From NCBI GenBank assembly GCA_038747035.1, contig JBCDKB010000003.1:1-56713 (forward strand): a stretch of DNA of 56,713 nucleotides, written 5' to 3'. The stretch comes from Acidobacteriota bacterium (lineage in GTDB: Bacteria; Acidobacteriota; Thermoanaerobaculia; Multivoradales; J023). A program made the translations under genes and the position numbers. The notes under the pieces are model-generated. The model did not search any database, was not told the DNA's origin, and saw nothing but the letters and a program-made list of their open reading frames with translations. Positions 1 through 8,871 of this stretch are shown piece by piece (position 1 is the first letter of the stretch; each line of letters starts with the position of its first letter).

Positions 1-309
1 AGCCCCGGGCGCCGCGTAGATCGCGACGTTTTTATTGCCACCGGCAAAAACGTTACCCTCGAGATGGGGGGTGTCCATTTCAAGGCTCAGGCTCAGAAAG
101 ACATTCTGATAGCAGCCGGTTCTCGCTCCGACCGTGAAAAAGTAATAGACCGTTTGGTCGGTGTTGATGGCGAAGCCATCGTCGAGATCTGAATTCAGGG
201 GATAGCAGGCTTTGGCCAGATCGTCGTTCGCCTGGGCAGCGAGCGGGAAGACTGTGGCGAGTAGAAGAACGAGCAGGTATCCGATGCAATTGAAGGTCTT
301 GTGCTTCAT
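1..309 (-). CDS. Secreted hypothetical protein, partial (continues beyond the window start; absent from the ORF track)
   Basis: ATG at 309 preceded by GGAG. The frame is open to position 1: MKHKTFNCIGYLLVLLLATVFPLAAQA|NDDLAKACYPLNSD..., with a typical Sec signal peptide (AxA site). A sigma-54 motif lies upstream. Confidence 0.75.
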   Translation of the reverse strand, partial: MKHKTFNCIGYLLVLLLATVFPLAAQANDDLAKACYPLNSDLDDGFAINTDQTVYYFFTVGARTGCYQNVFLSLSLEMDTPHLEGNVFAGGNKNVAIYAAPGA

Positions 310-367
310 GGACGACTCCATAGTTGAGTATTGAGTGATCCGGCTGTGGCCGGTGAATCGTCCTAAG

Positions 368-383
368 AGCAAGCGAGATGCCA
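368..383 (-). promoter_or_regulatory. Sigma-54 (-24/-12) promoter
   Basis: Minus strand reads TGGCATCTCGCTTGCT: GG-N10-GC, matching TGGCA-N6-TTGC, about 60 nt upstream of the ATG at 309. Confidence 0.75.
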
Positions 384-663
384 TGGCGCTGATGGCGTGT
401 GTTGTATTTTGTAAGTCTCTGTAGAGAAGAGGCTTATGGGCCGTTCGAGCCTATCGGTCGCCACCCTGCGATCGAGATCTACCTGAGTTTTCGCCTCCCT
501 CCTTTTGGGGTGACCCTGCCCACGAACGCACGAATAGCGCTCCTATCGGGGCACGTCCAGCCACCGAGGGCCAAGACCTGGTCAGCGGCTGTTAGACGGT
601 CCGCCGCGGTCGGCGAGCTCCACGAGTTCTGACCGACGGCCAGCCCTCGGACCGACGGCAGGC

Positions 664-2112
664 TCAGCAGGCGGTGGGCTGCCAGCTGCGGCGCTCGAAG
701 AGAGCGAGCGCCGCTTTGAGCATCAGGCCGAGGTCGATCTTCAAGCTGCGGGTGACGGCGTAGTAGGCCTCGGTGAGACGCAGCTCCTCGGACGAGGCGT
801 CGGGGGTCAGCATCAGCCGGGTCGGGCTGATGAGTCCCATGGGCGCGCGGTCTCGCAGGTATTCCCACTCGTCGACCCGGGCCGTGGCTTCGTCGGGTTC
901 GAGGGGCGAGACGCCGATGAGACGCAGGCGACCGGTGATGACCGGCAGCAGCTTGGGGAGGTGGCGGAGGACCGGGGCTGTGACGGCCCACTCGTAGCTT
1001 TCGACTCCGGGCTCTGAGCGATGTGGCCTGGCGGCGATGCGCACCTTGCGCAGCGGCGCCTTCGGGCGTCGCAGGCAGGCGAAGAGCGCGGCGATGGGCC
1101 ACATCGGCAGGGACGCGACCAGGACCAGCGTCGCGACCAGCTGGTGCAGCAGGAGTTCGAGACGGCCGCCTAGCAAGGGTTGCGTCGTATCGGCGAGCAG
1201 AAAGTCGTCGACGATGCGGGTGACGGCGCCGGTGTCGACGCGCATCAGGAGGTCGCCGGCGACTAGGGCGTCTTTGAGCTCGGTGAGCTGGCCGATGTAG
1301 GTGCCGGACAGGACCACCGTGCGCTCCAGGCTGGCCCTGCGGTCGACGATGACGTCGTTGTTGAGCACTACGGAGTCGCCGAGCGTCGCTTCCGGATGGA
1401 CGTGGCACCTTCGGCCGACGAAGACGTCTTGGCCGCGGGTCGCGGGTGCCGGTAGCTTGGAATGGCGTCCGCGGAAGACCTGCTTCGAGACCTCGAGCGC
1501 CGGCAGCGGCAGGTCTGGGCCGAGCTCTCCGCGAACGGCGGCCAGGTTGGCGGCGTGGAGGTCCTGGGGGCTGTTGATGCGCCACGCCCGGCCCGGGAGA
1601 TCGACGTGGCCGTAGTCACCGATGGTGCTGGCCCTCGAGAAGTCCTGGATCCCCGAGAGCGCGGTCATGTCGAGGCCCATGACGCCGATCGGCTGACGGT
1701 CGATCCGGGCGCTGACGATCGGACCGCGGGCCCCGTTGGGTGGGTTGTGAGGAGTCCGGTCGAGGAAAGACCGAAGGACCGGCGTCCGAAGATAGTTGAC
1801 GTCCAGGACCAGGCAGCGGTCGCCGAGCAGGTGTTTCGCCTTGAACGCGGAGTGCAAGAGCGTCTCGTCGTCGACGGCGAGCGTGTGGGTGAGCTTTAGA
1901 CCCCATTCTTCGCCGTCGCCCAGACGCTCGCGGATCTTCTCTGCATGCTCGGAGGACACCACGACGACGTCCTCGATGCCGCTAGCCTTGAGATCCATCA
2001 AGGAGTAGCCGATCAATGGCCGGCCGGCGATGGGCAGCAGCGCCATAGGCGACTCGGGAATGAGCGTCGCGAGGTCTGAGCGCGCGCTATAGGCGATAAG
2101 CAGACATTTCAT
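664..2112 (-). CDS. NDP-sugar pyrophosphorylase-like / left-handed beta-helix protein fused to a degenerate phosphoglycosyltransferase (Bac_transf) domain
   Basis: N-terminal LLPIAGRPLI...LGDGEEWG nucleotidyltransferase-like segment; hexapeptide-like repeats (VHPEATLGDSVVLNNDVIVDRRASLERTVVL); C-terminal LPKLLPVITGRLRLIGVSP...MGLI resembles Bac_transf. Confidence 0.75.
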   Translation of the reverse strand: MKCLLIAYSARSDLATLIPESPMALLPIAGRPLIGYSLMDLKASGIEDVVVVSSEHAEKIRERLGDGEEWGLKLTHTLAVDDETLLHSAFKAKHLLGDRCLVLDVNYLRTPVLRSFLDRTPHNPPNGARGPIVSARIDRQPIGVMGLDMTALSGIQDFSRASTIGDYGHVDLPGRAWRINSPQDLHAANLAAVRGELGPDLPLPALEVSKQVFRGRHSKLPAPATRGQDVFVGRRCHVHPEATLGDSVVLNNDVIVDRRASLERTVVLSGTYIGQLTELKDALVAGDLLMRVDTGAVTRIVDDFLLADTTQPLLGGRLELLLHQLVATLVLVASLPMWPIAALFACLRRPKAPLRKVRIAARPHRSEPGVESYEWAVTAPVLRHLPKLLPVITGRLRLIGVSPLEPDEATARVDEWEYLRDRAPMGLISPTRLMLTPDASSEELRLTEAYYAVTRSLKIDLGLMLKAALALFERRSWQPTAC

Positions 2113-2124
2113 GCCGCGGTCTCC

Positions 2125-2913
2125 TCAGTAAGCGCCCCGGCCCAAGATCACCGCCGGAATCGTCTGCAGCAGGAGCTTGAGGTCGAGGGCCAGGGATTGG
2201 GATTCGACATAGGCGATGTCTAACTGGACCTGCTCCTTGAACGGCACGTCGGATCGGCCGCCGACTTGCCAGAAACAGGTCAATCCGGGCTTGATGTCCA
2301 GGCGCCGCCGGTCGGTGGAGCTGTATTGATCGACTTCTTTTTGGATGGCCGGCCGCGGTCCGACCAGGGACATCTCGCCCCGCACCACGTTCCAGAGCTG
2401 GGGCAGCTCGTCGATCGATAGCTTGCGGAGCCACCGGCCGACCCGCGTGATGCGCGGGTCCCGCTTCATCTTGAAGATCACGCCACCGGCCTCGTTGTCA
2501 TCTTGCAGTCCGTCGAGCAGCTGCTCGGCGTTGATGTGCATCGAGCGGAACTTCCACATGGTGAAGGTCACGCCTTTTTTGCCGACCCTGCGCTGGCCGA
2601 CGAGGATCGGCCCCGGGGAGTCGAGCTTGACGATCAGCGCGACGAGCGCCAGGAAAGGGGCGCCGGCCCCGAGAAGCAACAGTCCGACGATCAAGTCCAT
2701 CGCCCGCTTGAGGCCATAGGCCGAAGCGAGCGTGACCCGCCAGGCCAGCTGCTTGGCGTGCACGCGCCTCAGGAGGCGATTGGCCTGGGACTGGAGATCC
2801 AGGAACTCAGCCGCCGCCCGCAGCTGCTCCTCGGTATTGATCGGTGGATTTCCGGGAGTCGGGTCCAAGGCGGCGGCCGGCGGTGGAGGTGGCGTGTGGA
2901 TCTGGATCTTCAT
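2125..2913 (-). CDS. Monotopic phosphoglycosyltransferase (sugar transferase, WcaJ/PglC family)
   Basis: Motifs KRAMD, KFRSM, DPRITRVG, IDELPQLWNVVRGEMSLVGPRP, KPGLTCFWQV and GAY at the C-terminus. Confidence 0.93.
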   Translation of the reverse strand: MKIQIHTPPPPPAAALDPTPGNPPINTEEQLRAAAEFLDLQSQANRLLRRVHAKQLAWRVTLASAYGLKRAMDLIVGLLLLGAGAPFLALVALIVKLDSPGPILVGQRRVGKKGVTFTMWKFRSMHINAEQLLDGLQDDNEAGGVIFKMKRDPRITRVGRWLRKLSIDELPQLWNVVRGEMSLVGPRPAIQKEVDQYSSTDRRRLDIKPGLTCFWQVGGRSDVPFKEQVQLDIAYVESQSLALDLKLLLQTIPAVILGRGAY

Positions 2914-3198
2914 GCTTTTCCCGGTGACGGTAAGGCGACGCTTTCTGCGCCTTGGAATTGTCTACCAGCGCGCCGGGAATCCCTGTCTCTAAAACGACTC
3001 TGTTCTGTGTAGGATTTGATACCGACGGAATGGGAAAATTCCTACGAAGAATCGAGAGTTCTCGGAAGTTTGAATCGGGAGAATTGGTTAAGCTGATTGT
3101 TTGCAGTTTTTATGGTGGCTGTGCGGTGCCGCGTGGAGGCTCGGGTGGAGGATCTTTCGTTGAATTTGGCGTCATCGGATGGCAAACTTGTTTGCTGT

Positions 3199-4632
3199 AT
3201 GTCTATTTCCGAGCGATATAACGTTTCCCATCGGTCGCGGCTCCCAAACGCGAAGGTCGAAAACGACCCGTCGAGCCTCTCGAGGTCCCGCAAGCTCCGA
3301 AGCGGCGCCTCACCCGAGGTCGCCCTCCCACTCGGTCCGTTCGCGGGCTTGGCGGGGTACCGATCAGCTGGGCGGAGAGCGATTGGCCGGAGCGCGCAGG
3401 GTCTGATCGGCGTCGCGATTCGGGGCCTCGACATTCTGGTCAGCAGCGGGCTACTGGTCGTGGCGGCGCCCTTCATGGTCGTCGCCGCGGTGACGGCGTC
3501 GCGACGGGTTGGCCGGGTGTTCGACGCGACGGCGGTGCTGGGACGGAATCGGTACGACTTCGAGCTCTTGCGCTTCGCCGGGGATTCGAAGATCCGCAGC
3601 TGGCCGGTGCTGCTCAACGTGCTGCGGGGTGAGATGTCACTCTGCGGACCGCGGCCGGTGACCCTGCCGGAGGTGCGACTCCTGCCGATCCGAGCCTGGG
3701 ATCGATTCCTCTCGCGCCCCGGCGTCGTGTCGATCTTCTGGATGCGTCGACGGATGGGCATCGCCTACGACTCCGAGCTCGAGGTCGACCGGCTCCAGGT
3801 CTTCGACAGCGGCTTCGGGCAAACCGTCGGACTGCTGCTGCGTTCGCTGCCGGTCGCGGCGGGCCGACGGCCGGCGTCAACTTTCGCGCCGACGGTGGAC
3901 ATCTTAGGGATCGAGATCCGCAACTCGACAATGGCGGAGACGCTGGATTGGATGCTCGCGCGGATCCGGCGACGAGAGCCGACCCGGGTGGCCTTCGTCA
4001 ATCCCGACTGCCTCAATATCGCCTGCCGGGATCCGCGTTATCGCAGCGCCCTCGACAGTGCGGATCTGGTGCTGCCGGACGGTTTTGGCCTGCGCTTGGC
4101 CGCCCGCCTGCTCGGTACGGAGCTGTGCGACAACATCAATGGCACCGACCTCTTTCCGCGCCTGTGCGCGGCCCTCGAAGAGTCGGGCGGACGCCTCTAC
4201 CTGCTCGGCGCCAGGCCCGGCGTGGCGGCACGGGCGGCGGTGGGGATGCAGGCCAGGTTTCCGTCGCTATCGGTCGCCGGACACCACCACGGCTATTTCT
4301 CGGCCGACGAGCAGGCCGACGTCATCGGCGGCATCAAGGACTCGAAGCCGGATGCTCTGCTGGTGGCGTTCGGCGCGCCGCGCCAGGATGTTTGGGTCGA
4401 AGAGCACCAGGCCAGCCTTGAAACCCCTCTGATCATCGGCGTCGGTGGTCTCTTCGACTTCTATTCCGGCCGCATCCCGCGGGCGCCGATGTGGATGCGA
4501 GAGCTCGGCCTGGAATGGTGCTGGCGGATGCTGCAGGAGCCGGGCAGATTGTGGCGGCGCTATGTCGTCGGCAATCCGCTTTTTCTCTTGAGGGTCTTGC
4601 GCCAGCGGTTGACGGGTGATCACCGTCGCTAG
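3199..4632 (+). CDS. WecB/TagA/CpsF-family glycosyltransferase with an N-terminal degenerate sugar-transferase domain (start uncertain; ORF open from 3097)
   Basis: C-terminal FVNPD, LPDG, NGTDL, YLLGA, HHGYF, GAPRQ, GVGGLFDF, RAPMWMRELGLEW and RRY; N-terminal LLNVLRGEMSLCGPRP. Confidence 0.9.
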   Translation: MSISERYNVSHRSRLPNAKVENDPSSLSRSRKLRSGASPEVALPLGPFAGLAGYRSAGRRAIGRSAQGLIGVAIRGLDILVSSGLLVVAAPFMVVAAVTASRRVGRVFDATAVLGRNRYDFELLRFAGDSKIRSWPVLLNVLRGEMSLCGPRPVTLPEVRLLPIRAWDRFLSRPGVVSIFWMRRRMGIAYDSELEVDRLQVFDSGFGQTVGLLLRSLPVAAGRRPASTFAPTVDILGIEIRNSTMAETLDWMLARIRRREPTRVAFVNPDCLNIACRDPRYRSALDSADLVLPDGFGLRLAARLLGTELCDNINGTDLFPRLCAALEESGGRLYLLGARPGVAARAAVGMQARFPSLSVAGHHHGYFSADEQADVIGGIKDSKPDALLVAFGAPRQDVWVEEHQASLETPLIIGVGGLFDFYSGRIPRAPMWMRELGLEWCWRMLQEPGRLWRRYVVGNPLFLLRVLRQRLTGDHRR

Positions 4633-4841
4633 GCTCGGCGAGACGAGCGGGCGGGGACGGTTGTCAAAGCTCCGTGAATCGTACCGGCTGAGGGGGGCCT
4701 TCGTCGCCGCTGAAGTGGCAAAGGATGCCCGCGGCGCCGGAACCGTCGCGGCGCCCTACGGTCTGACGAGCGCTCGCGGTAAACTGAGGGCGTTGCGCCT
4801 TCTTTCCAGGTCCCATCGGCCTTTGCGACCGGAGCCCATTC

Positions 4842-5426
4842 ATGCCGCGCCCCAAAGGATACGATCCCCAGACTTTCCGCAAGGCCGCCATGATGGCTTT
4901 CTGGAAGAAGGGCTATGCGGCGACGTCCGTAGCGGACCTCGAGGAGGCCACGGGGCTCAACCGTCGCCAACTCTTTCGAGAAGCGAAGAATAAAAGGGAG
5001 CTGTTCCTGCAGGCCCTACTCGACTTCGCGGCCATCTCGACCGAAAGAGACCTGGAGGTCCTGGGGCGAGAGGCGGGTCTCGCTTCGATTCGCGAAGTCC
5101 TTGGTCACCTCGTGGATCAGGCGGACTATGACCCCGGCCGGTTCGGCTGCCTGGTGTGCAACACCTGCCGCGAACCGGTCGCCGCGGATGACCCTGAGAT
5201 CGGTCGCTTCGTCGCGCAGCACTTGCGAAAGATCGAGTCCGCTTATGCCAGGGGCCTGGCGCGGGCTGCCAGTGACGGCGAGATCGCGGTAGAAGACGAG
5301 GGCCTTCGAAGATCTTCCCGTCACCTCATGGCCATTCATATGTCGCTCCTTTTGCTGGTCCGGGCCGGAGAACCGAAGGCGGTGCTAGAGGACATCGCCG
5401 AGGCGGCGGTCAGCTCGCTTCTCTAG
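4842..5426 (+). CDS. TetR/AcrR family transcriptional regulator
   Basis: MPRPKGYD...AMMAFWKKGYAATSVADLEEATGL HTH region; GCLVCN in the C-terminal domain. Confidence 0.9.
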   Translation: MPRPKGYDPQTFRKAAMMAFWKKGYAATSVADLEEATGLNRRQLFREAKNKRELFLQALLDFAAISTERDLEVLGREAGLASIREVLGHLVDQADYDPGRFGCLVCNTCREPVAADDPEIGRFVAQHLRKIESAYARGLARAASDGEIAVEDEGLRRSSRHLMAIHMSLLLLVRAGEPKAVLEDIAEAAVSSLL

Positions 5427-5592
5427 CCTCGAGAGGCGGCTCCCGGGCGCATAGCCCCGCGAGCTGAGGTCCGTGTCGGCTGGGCGACGCTGCCGTCGAT
5501 TGAAGGGTCCATCGGGCGATGGGGAACTGGGTGGCGATTGCCATCGTGGCGACGGAGGCTCGCCCCGCGCTATGAGCTTATCGGCTGCGGCT

Positions 5593-5638
5593 TTATTTGT
5601 CACTGTTTGTTGACAAATAAGACTCCCACTCCTAGAGT
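5593..5638 (+). promoter_or_regulatory. Sigma-70 promoter overlapped by a perfect 10-bp inverted repeat (probable operator)
   Basis: TTGACA(5610-15)-17 bp-TAGAGT(5633-38); TTATTTGTCA-N8-TGACAAATAA at 5593-5620. Confidence 0.7.
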
Positions 5639-5738
5639 GTGCGCAAACACACCCGGTAAGCCTCGCCAACAGGGCTTGGGGCGGCGTCGAGCCGGCTCAA
5701 GCAGCGGTGACCGCTGCCCAGCTCGATGGAGGACAACG

Positions 5739-6271
5739 ATGCAGTTCGAGATCGATGTGAATGGAGAGCGCCGACTGGTGGACGTCGATCCATGGGACCA
5801 CGGATATCTCCTCGCGCTGCGCTCTTCGTTGAAGCTGGCAGGGTCTTGCTGCACCCACTGCCATCCCGCCGACGACGTCCCGCTCCAGGGTGAGAACGGC
5901 GACACGCACCAACCCATGGTGAGGCGTGGCGCCAAGGGCGAAGGTGTAACCGGTCTGCACTGCGGCACCTGCCACATGGCCGAGAACTTCGACCCCGGCG
6001 GCGTGCCCGGCGCCCCCAACTGGCACCTCGCGCGCCTCTTTCCATGGCCTGGGAAGGCCGAAGCCTGAGGCAACTTTGCGAGCAGTTCAAAGATCCTCAA
6101 AGGGCCCATATGGACCTCGAAGGGCTCGTTCGCCATATGACGGAAGACCGACTCGTGGCCTGGGCCTGGGAGCCCGGCGAAGGTCGCGAAGCGCCGCCCG
6201 GAAGCCAGGCCCGGCTCGGCTCCCTCATCGCGGCCTGGGTCGCTTCGGGAGCCGAGTGCCCTGCACAGTAG
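5739..6271 (+). pseudogene. Chimeric remnant: IorA/CoxS-like (2Fe-2S subunit) N-terminus joined to a frameshifted diheme cytochrome c ('isoquinoline 1-oxidoreductase subunit' type)
   Basis: GGAGG RBS; MQFEIDVNGERRLVDVDP...LLALRSSLKLAG, then CTHCH and CGTCH heme motifs. An extra CG at 6033-34 breaks the motif WHLAPLSMAW, and the frame resumes in ORF 6044-6271. Confidence 0.72.
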
Positions 6272-6394
6272 ACCGGGCCAGCATTTCAGATCACTCGGCG
6301 CCGTCGACGCGGTCCAGGCGCTCCGAGATTCTGACCGATCGCATGGTCTGTGAGGTGAAGCGGTGTCTAAGAACTTCAAGAAGGAAGGTGGAGC

Positions 6395-6958
6395 ATGGGT
6401 AAGCTGAACTCAACCTCCGGTCCCGTTGAGAGTGGGTCGCACTCCGAAGCCTACCGGCGTCGGGTCAACGCACTTGCCGTGATCGCCTCAGCCGCTTTTG
6501 CCGGTGGAATTCTATTTATCGGCCTGTCTCTGGGGGCTTACTGGCTCAGCCTGCCGCCCCTGGACTATATGAGCGGATTCTGGGAGCTCTTCCTATGCTT
6601 TCAATACACGATCTTGCCGTTGTTTTCGCTGACGCTCGTTGGCGTCGTCCTCTCGGCTCGCTTGGATTGGGCCGAGCCCGAGCTTCGACGCCTCTGGCAG
6701 TTGGCCATCATCTGCTACGCCATCACGTCGCTGATCACTTTGGGCTATCACCTTCCTGAGAATTTGAGTTTGAAGAACGCCGTCTACTCGGCTGCGGAAG
6801 TGAGCTCAGTGAGGATCACGTGGCTTCTCCTGCATGTCCCTAGGGTCCTCCTCGCTTTCTGCATCCCGTGGCTGGCGCTACGGGCCATCGTGATTCATCA
6901 CACCGGCTCGACCGCCGCCGAGGCCCGACCCTCGGGAATGAAGGGGGTTTCGCGGTGA
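6395..6958 (+). CDS. Integral membrane protein with about 4 TM helices (DUF1772/anthrone oxygenase-like)
   Basis: GGAG RBS, four hydrophobic segments, HLPEN and WLLLHVPR motifs. Confidence 0.6.
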   Translation: MGKLNSTSGPVESGSHSEAYRRRVNALAVIASAAFAGGILFIGLSLGAYWLSLPPLDYMSGFWELFLCFQYTILPLFSLTLVGVVLSARLDWAEPELRRLWQLAIICYAITSLITLGYHLPENLSLKNAVYSAAEVSSVRITWLLLHVPRVLLAFCIPWLALRAIVIHHTGSTAAEARPSGMKGVSR

Positions 6959-6974
6959 TCCCGCCGCGTCCGGC

Positions 6975-7610
6975 TCCCGGGACTATCCGACACCGATCGA
7001 TCTACAGCTGGCTGACGAGAAAGGATTTCCGCGTCGCGGTTATATAGATTTTGTAGGGAATGAATTCGACGAAGAAACGGGCACCATGACGGCTCGGGCC
7101 CGCTTCGATAACCGAGACGACCTGCTCGTGCCTGGAATGATCGCCAAAGCGCGGCTCCAAGGTCGAGGGCCCTACTCCGCCCTCTTGGTTCCCGACGAAG
7201 CGATCCAGAGGGACCGAGCCCAGCGTTTTGTCTACGTGCTGGCCGAAGGCGACACCGCCGTCAGGCGAGTTATCGAGACCGGCCCCCGGGCTTATGGCCT
7301 CAGGGTCGTTCGATCCGGCCTCGAATCCTCGGACCGAATCCTGATTTCGGGCCTGGCGCGCGTGCGACCGGGCGCTGTGGTGTCAGCGATGTCCATCGAT
7401 CTGGAAGAGCGTGCTCAGCCCGACCCGGCCCAAGAGGAGTTTGGGGTCGGACCAGCGGAGCCCGAGGGCGGCCCGTCGGCAAACGATTCGACCGAGGCGC
7501 GCCGGGCAGGGCGGCCAAAGAACCTTCAGCCGGCGCGACCGACGGCGGCGAGGATGCGGGGCAGGGCGCGCTCGAGCAGGTCGTCGACGTCGGCGACCAT
7601 CGTTTCGTAG
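6975..7610 (+). pseudogene. 5'-truncated RND efflux periplasmic adaptor (MFP) remnant
   Basis: In-frame SRDYPTPIDLQLADEKGFPRRGYIDFVGNEFDEETGTMTARARFDN...LVPGM...LVPDEAIQRD...FVYV...SGL matches the C-terminal half of MFPs. There is no N-terminal half and no RND pump, and the tail overlaps the convergent gene. Confidence 0.75.
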
Positions 7611-7999
7611 CCGGAGCGCGGACCGCCGTAGGGGTCGGGGACGTCCCGCGCTTCGCCGGCCAGGTCTGCGAGCCGGGCGATGCGGCCGGCGAGGGCCGGG
7701 CGGGCGTGGCGGATCAGCTCGACGTGGCCCTCTTCCATGCCGAGGATCAGGGCCGCCCCTTCGAGTCTCGGCAGGTCGAGGCTGCGCGAGCGGTGGCTCC
7801 GCAGGTCGAGGCCGCGCTCGGCCAAAAGGGCGACGCTGTGGGACGCGGCGGCGGCGCCGTCGAGGCCGAGGGTGCCGCCGGAGGTGACGGTGACGTCGCC
7901 GTGGCCGGCGGCTTCGAGCTTCTCCCGCAGCAGCGCTTCGGCGACCGGCGATCGGCAGATATTGGCGGAGCAGACGATCAGGATCGACGGGGCGGTCAC
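7526..7999 (-). CDS. Low-molecular-weight protein tyrosine phosphatase
   Basis: P-loop CSANICRS and DVPDPYG. Confidence 0.92.
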   Translation of the reverse strand: MTAPSILIVCSANICRSPVAEALLREKLEAAGHGDVTVTSGGTLGLDGAAAASHSVALLAERGLDLRSHRSRSLDLPRLEGAALILGMEEGHVELIRHARPALAGRIARLADLAGEARDVPDPYGGPRSGYETMVADVDDLLERALPRILAAVGRAG

Positions 8000-8871
8000 G
8001 ACGTCGGGCCCGTTAAGGACTCGATCGGCTTGCGACCGATGACGTTGACGACCAGGGGCGAGAAAAGGACCGTGCCGGGCACGTCGTGCACCGCGGTCCA
8101 GGCTTCGAGGGCGCGGGCGGCTTCGTCGTCGCTCAGCAGGCCGTCTTTGACCAGCGTCGGAATGTGGTTGCGGAAAAACGTCTCGACCCAGCCGAAGACG
8201 GGGCTTTCGTGGTCGCCGGCGAGGCAGTGGGGCTCGACGGCCTCGAGCTCCAGGGCGAGCTCGGCGAAGAGGCGCGGGAGATGGGTCGCGACCCAGGCGT
8301 CGCCGCCGTTTTGGGCGTAGGCCTCGGGGACGACCTCGAAGAGTCGATCGAGGGCGGGGTCACCCGGCGTCACCCGCAGGCCGTCATAGTTATAGTCCTG
8401 GATGACCAGAACGCCGCCGGGCTTGAGGTGGGCCGCCATGCGTTCGACGGCGCGTTTGGGCTGGTGGAGGAAAGACAGCACCCACCGGCAGACGATCAAG
8501 TCGAAACGATCGTCGAGCTCGAGCTCGAAAACGTCTCCTTGGTGCACGGTGGCCTTGTCGCCGAGGGCGCGCCGGGCGCGCTCAACGGCCTCGGGATCGA
8601 TCTCGACGCCGACCGTGCGGCCGCCCGCCGTGAGATGGACCAGGTCGGCGAGCAGGGCGCCGCTGCCGCAGCCGACTTCGAGCACGTCGGCGTCGTCCGC
8701 CAGCGGTAGGCGCTCGAGCGAGTCGAGCAGGGTGTGGCGCCAGACCCGGTGCTGGTCGGCGAGCCGCTGCCACTCTTGCTGGCCGTGGCCGAGCAGGTAT
8801 TCAGCGTCCGACTCGGCGTTGGGGTGATTTTTCTCGACGTCTTCGTGCTGTGGGTCTGCGGTCGTGCTCAT
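7996..8871 (-). CDS. Class I SAM-dependent methyltransferase
   Basis: VLEVGCGSG, FDLIVCRWVL, LKPGG; 4-nt overlaps with both neighbours. Confidence 0.9.
   Translation of the reverse strand: MSTTADPQHEDVEKNHPNAESDAEYLLGHGQQEWQRLADQHRVWRHTLLDSLERLPLADDADVLEVGCGSGALLADLVHLTAGGRTVGVEIDPEAVERARRALGDKATVHQGDVFELELDDRFDLIVCRWVLSFLHQPKRAVERMAAHLKPGGVLVIQDYNYDGLRVTPGDPALDRLFEVVPEAYAQNGGDAWVATHLPRLFAELALELEAVEPHCLAGDHESPVFGWVETFFRNHIPTLVKDGLLSDDEAARALEAWTAVHDVPGTVLFSPLVVNVIGRKPIESLTGPTS

Noticed and set aside
631-659. GACCGACGGC direct repeat (two copies)
   Set aside because: Too short and GC-rich to distinguish from chance.
3180-3197. Sigma-54-like TGGCAAACTTGTTTGCT
   Set aside because: The GG-to-GC spacing is 11 nt instead of the strictly required 10.
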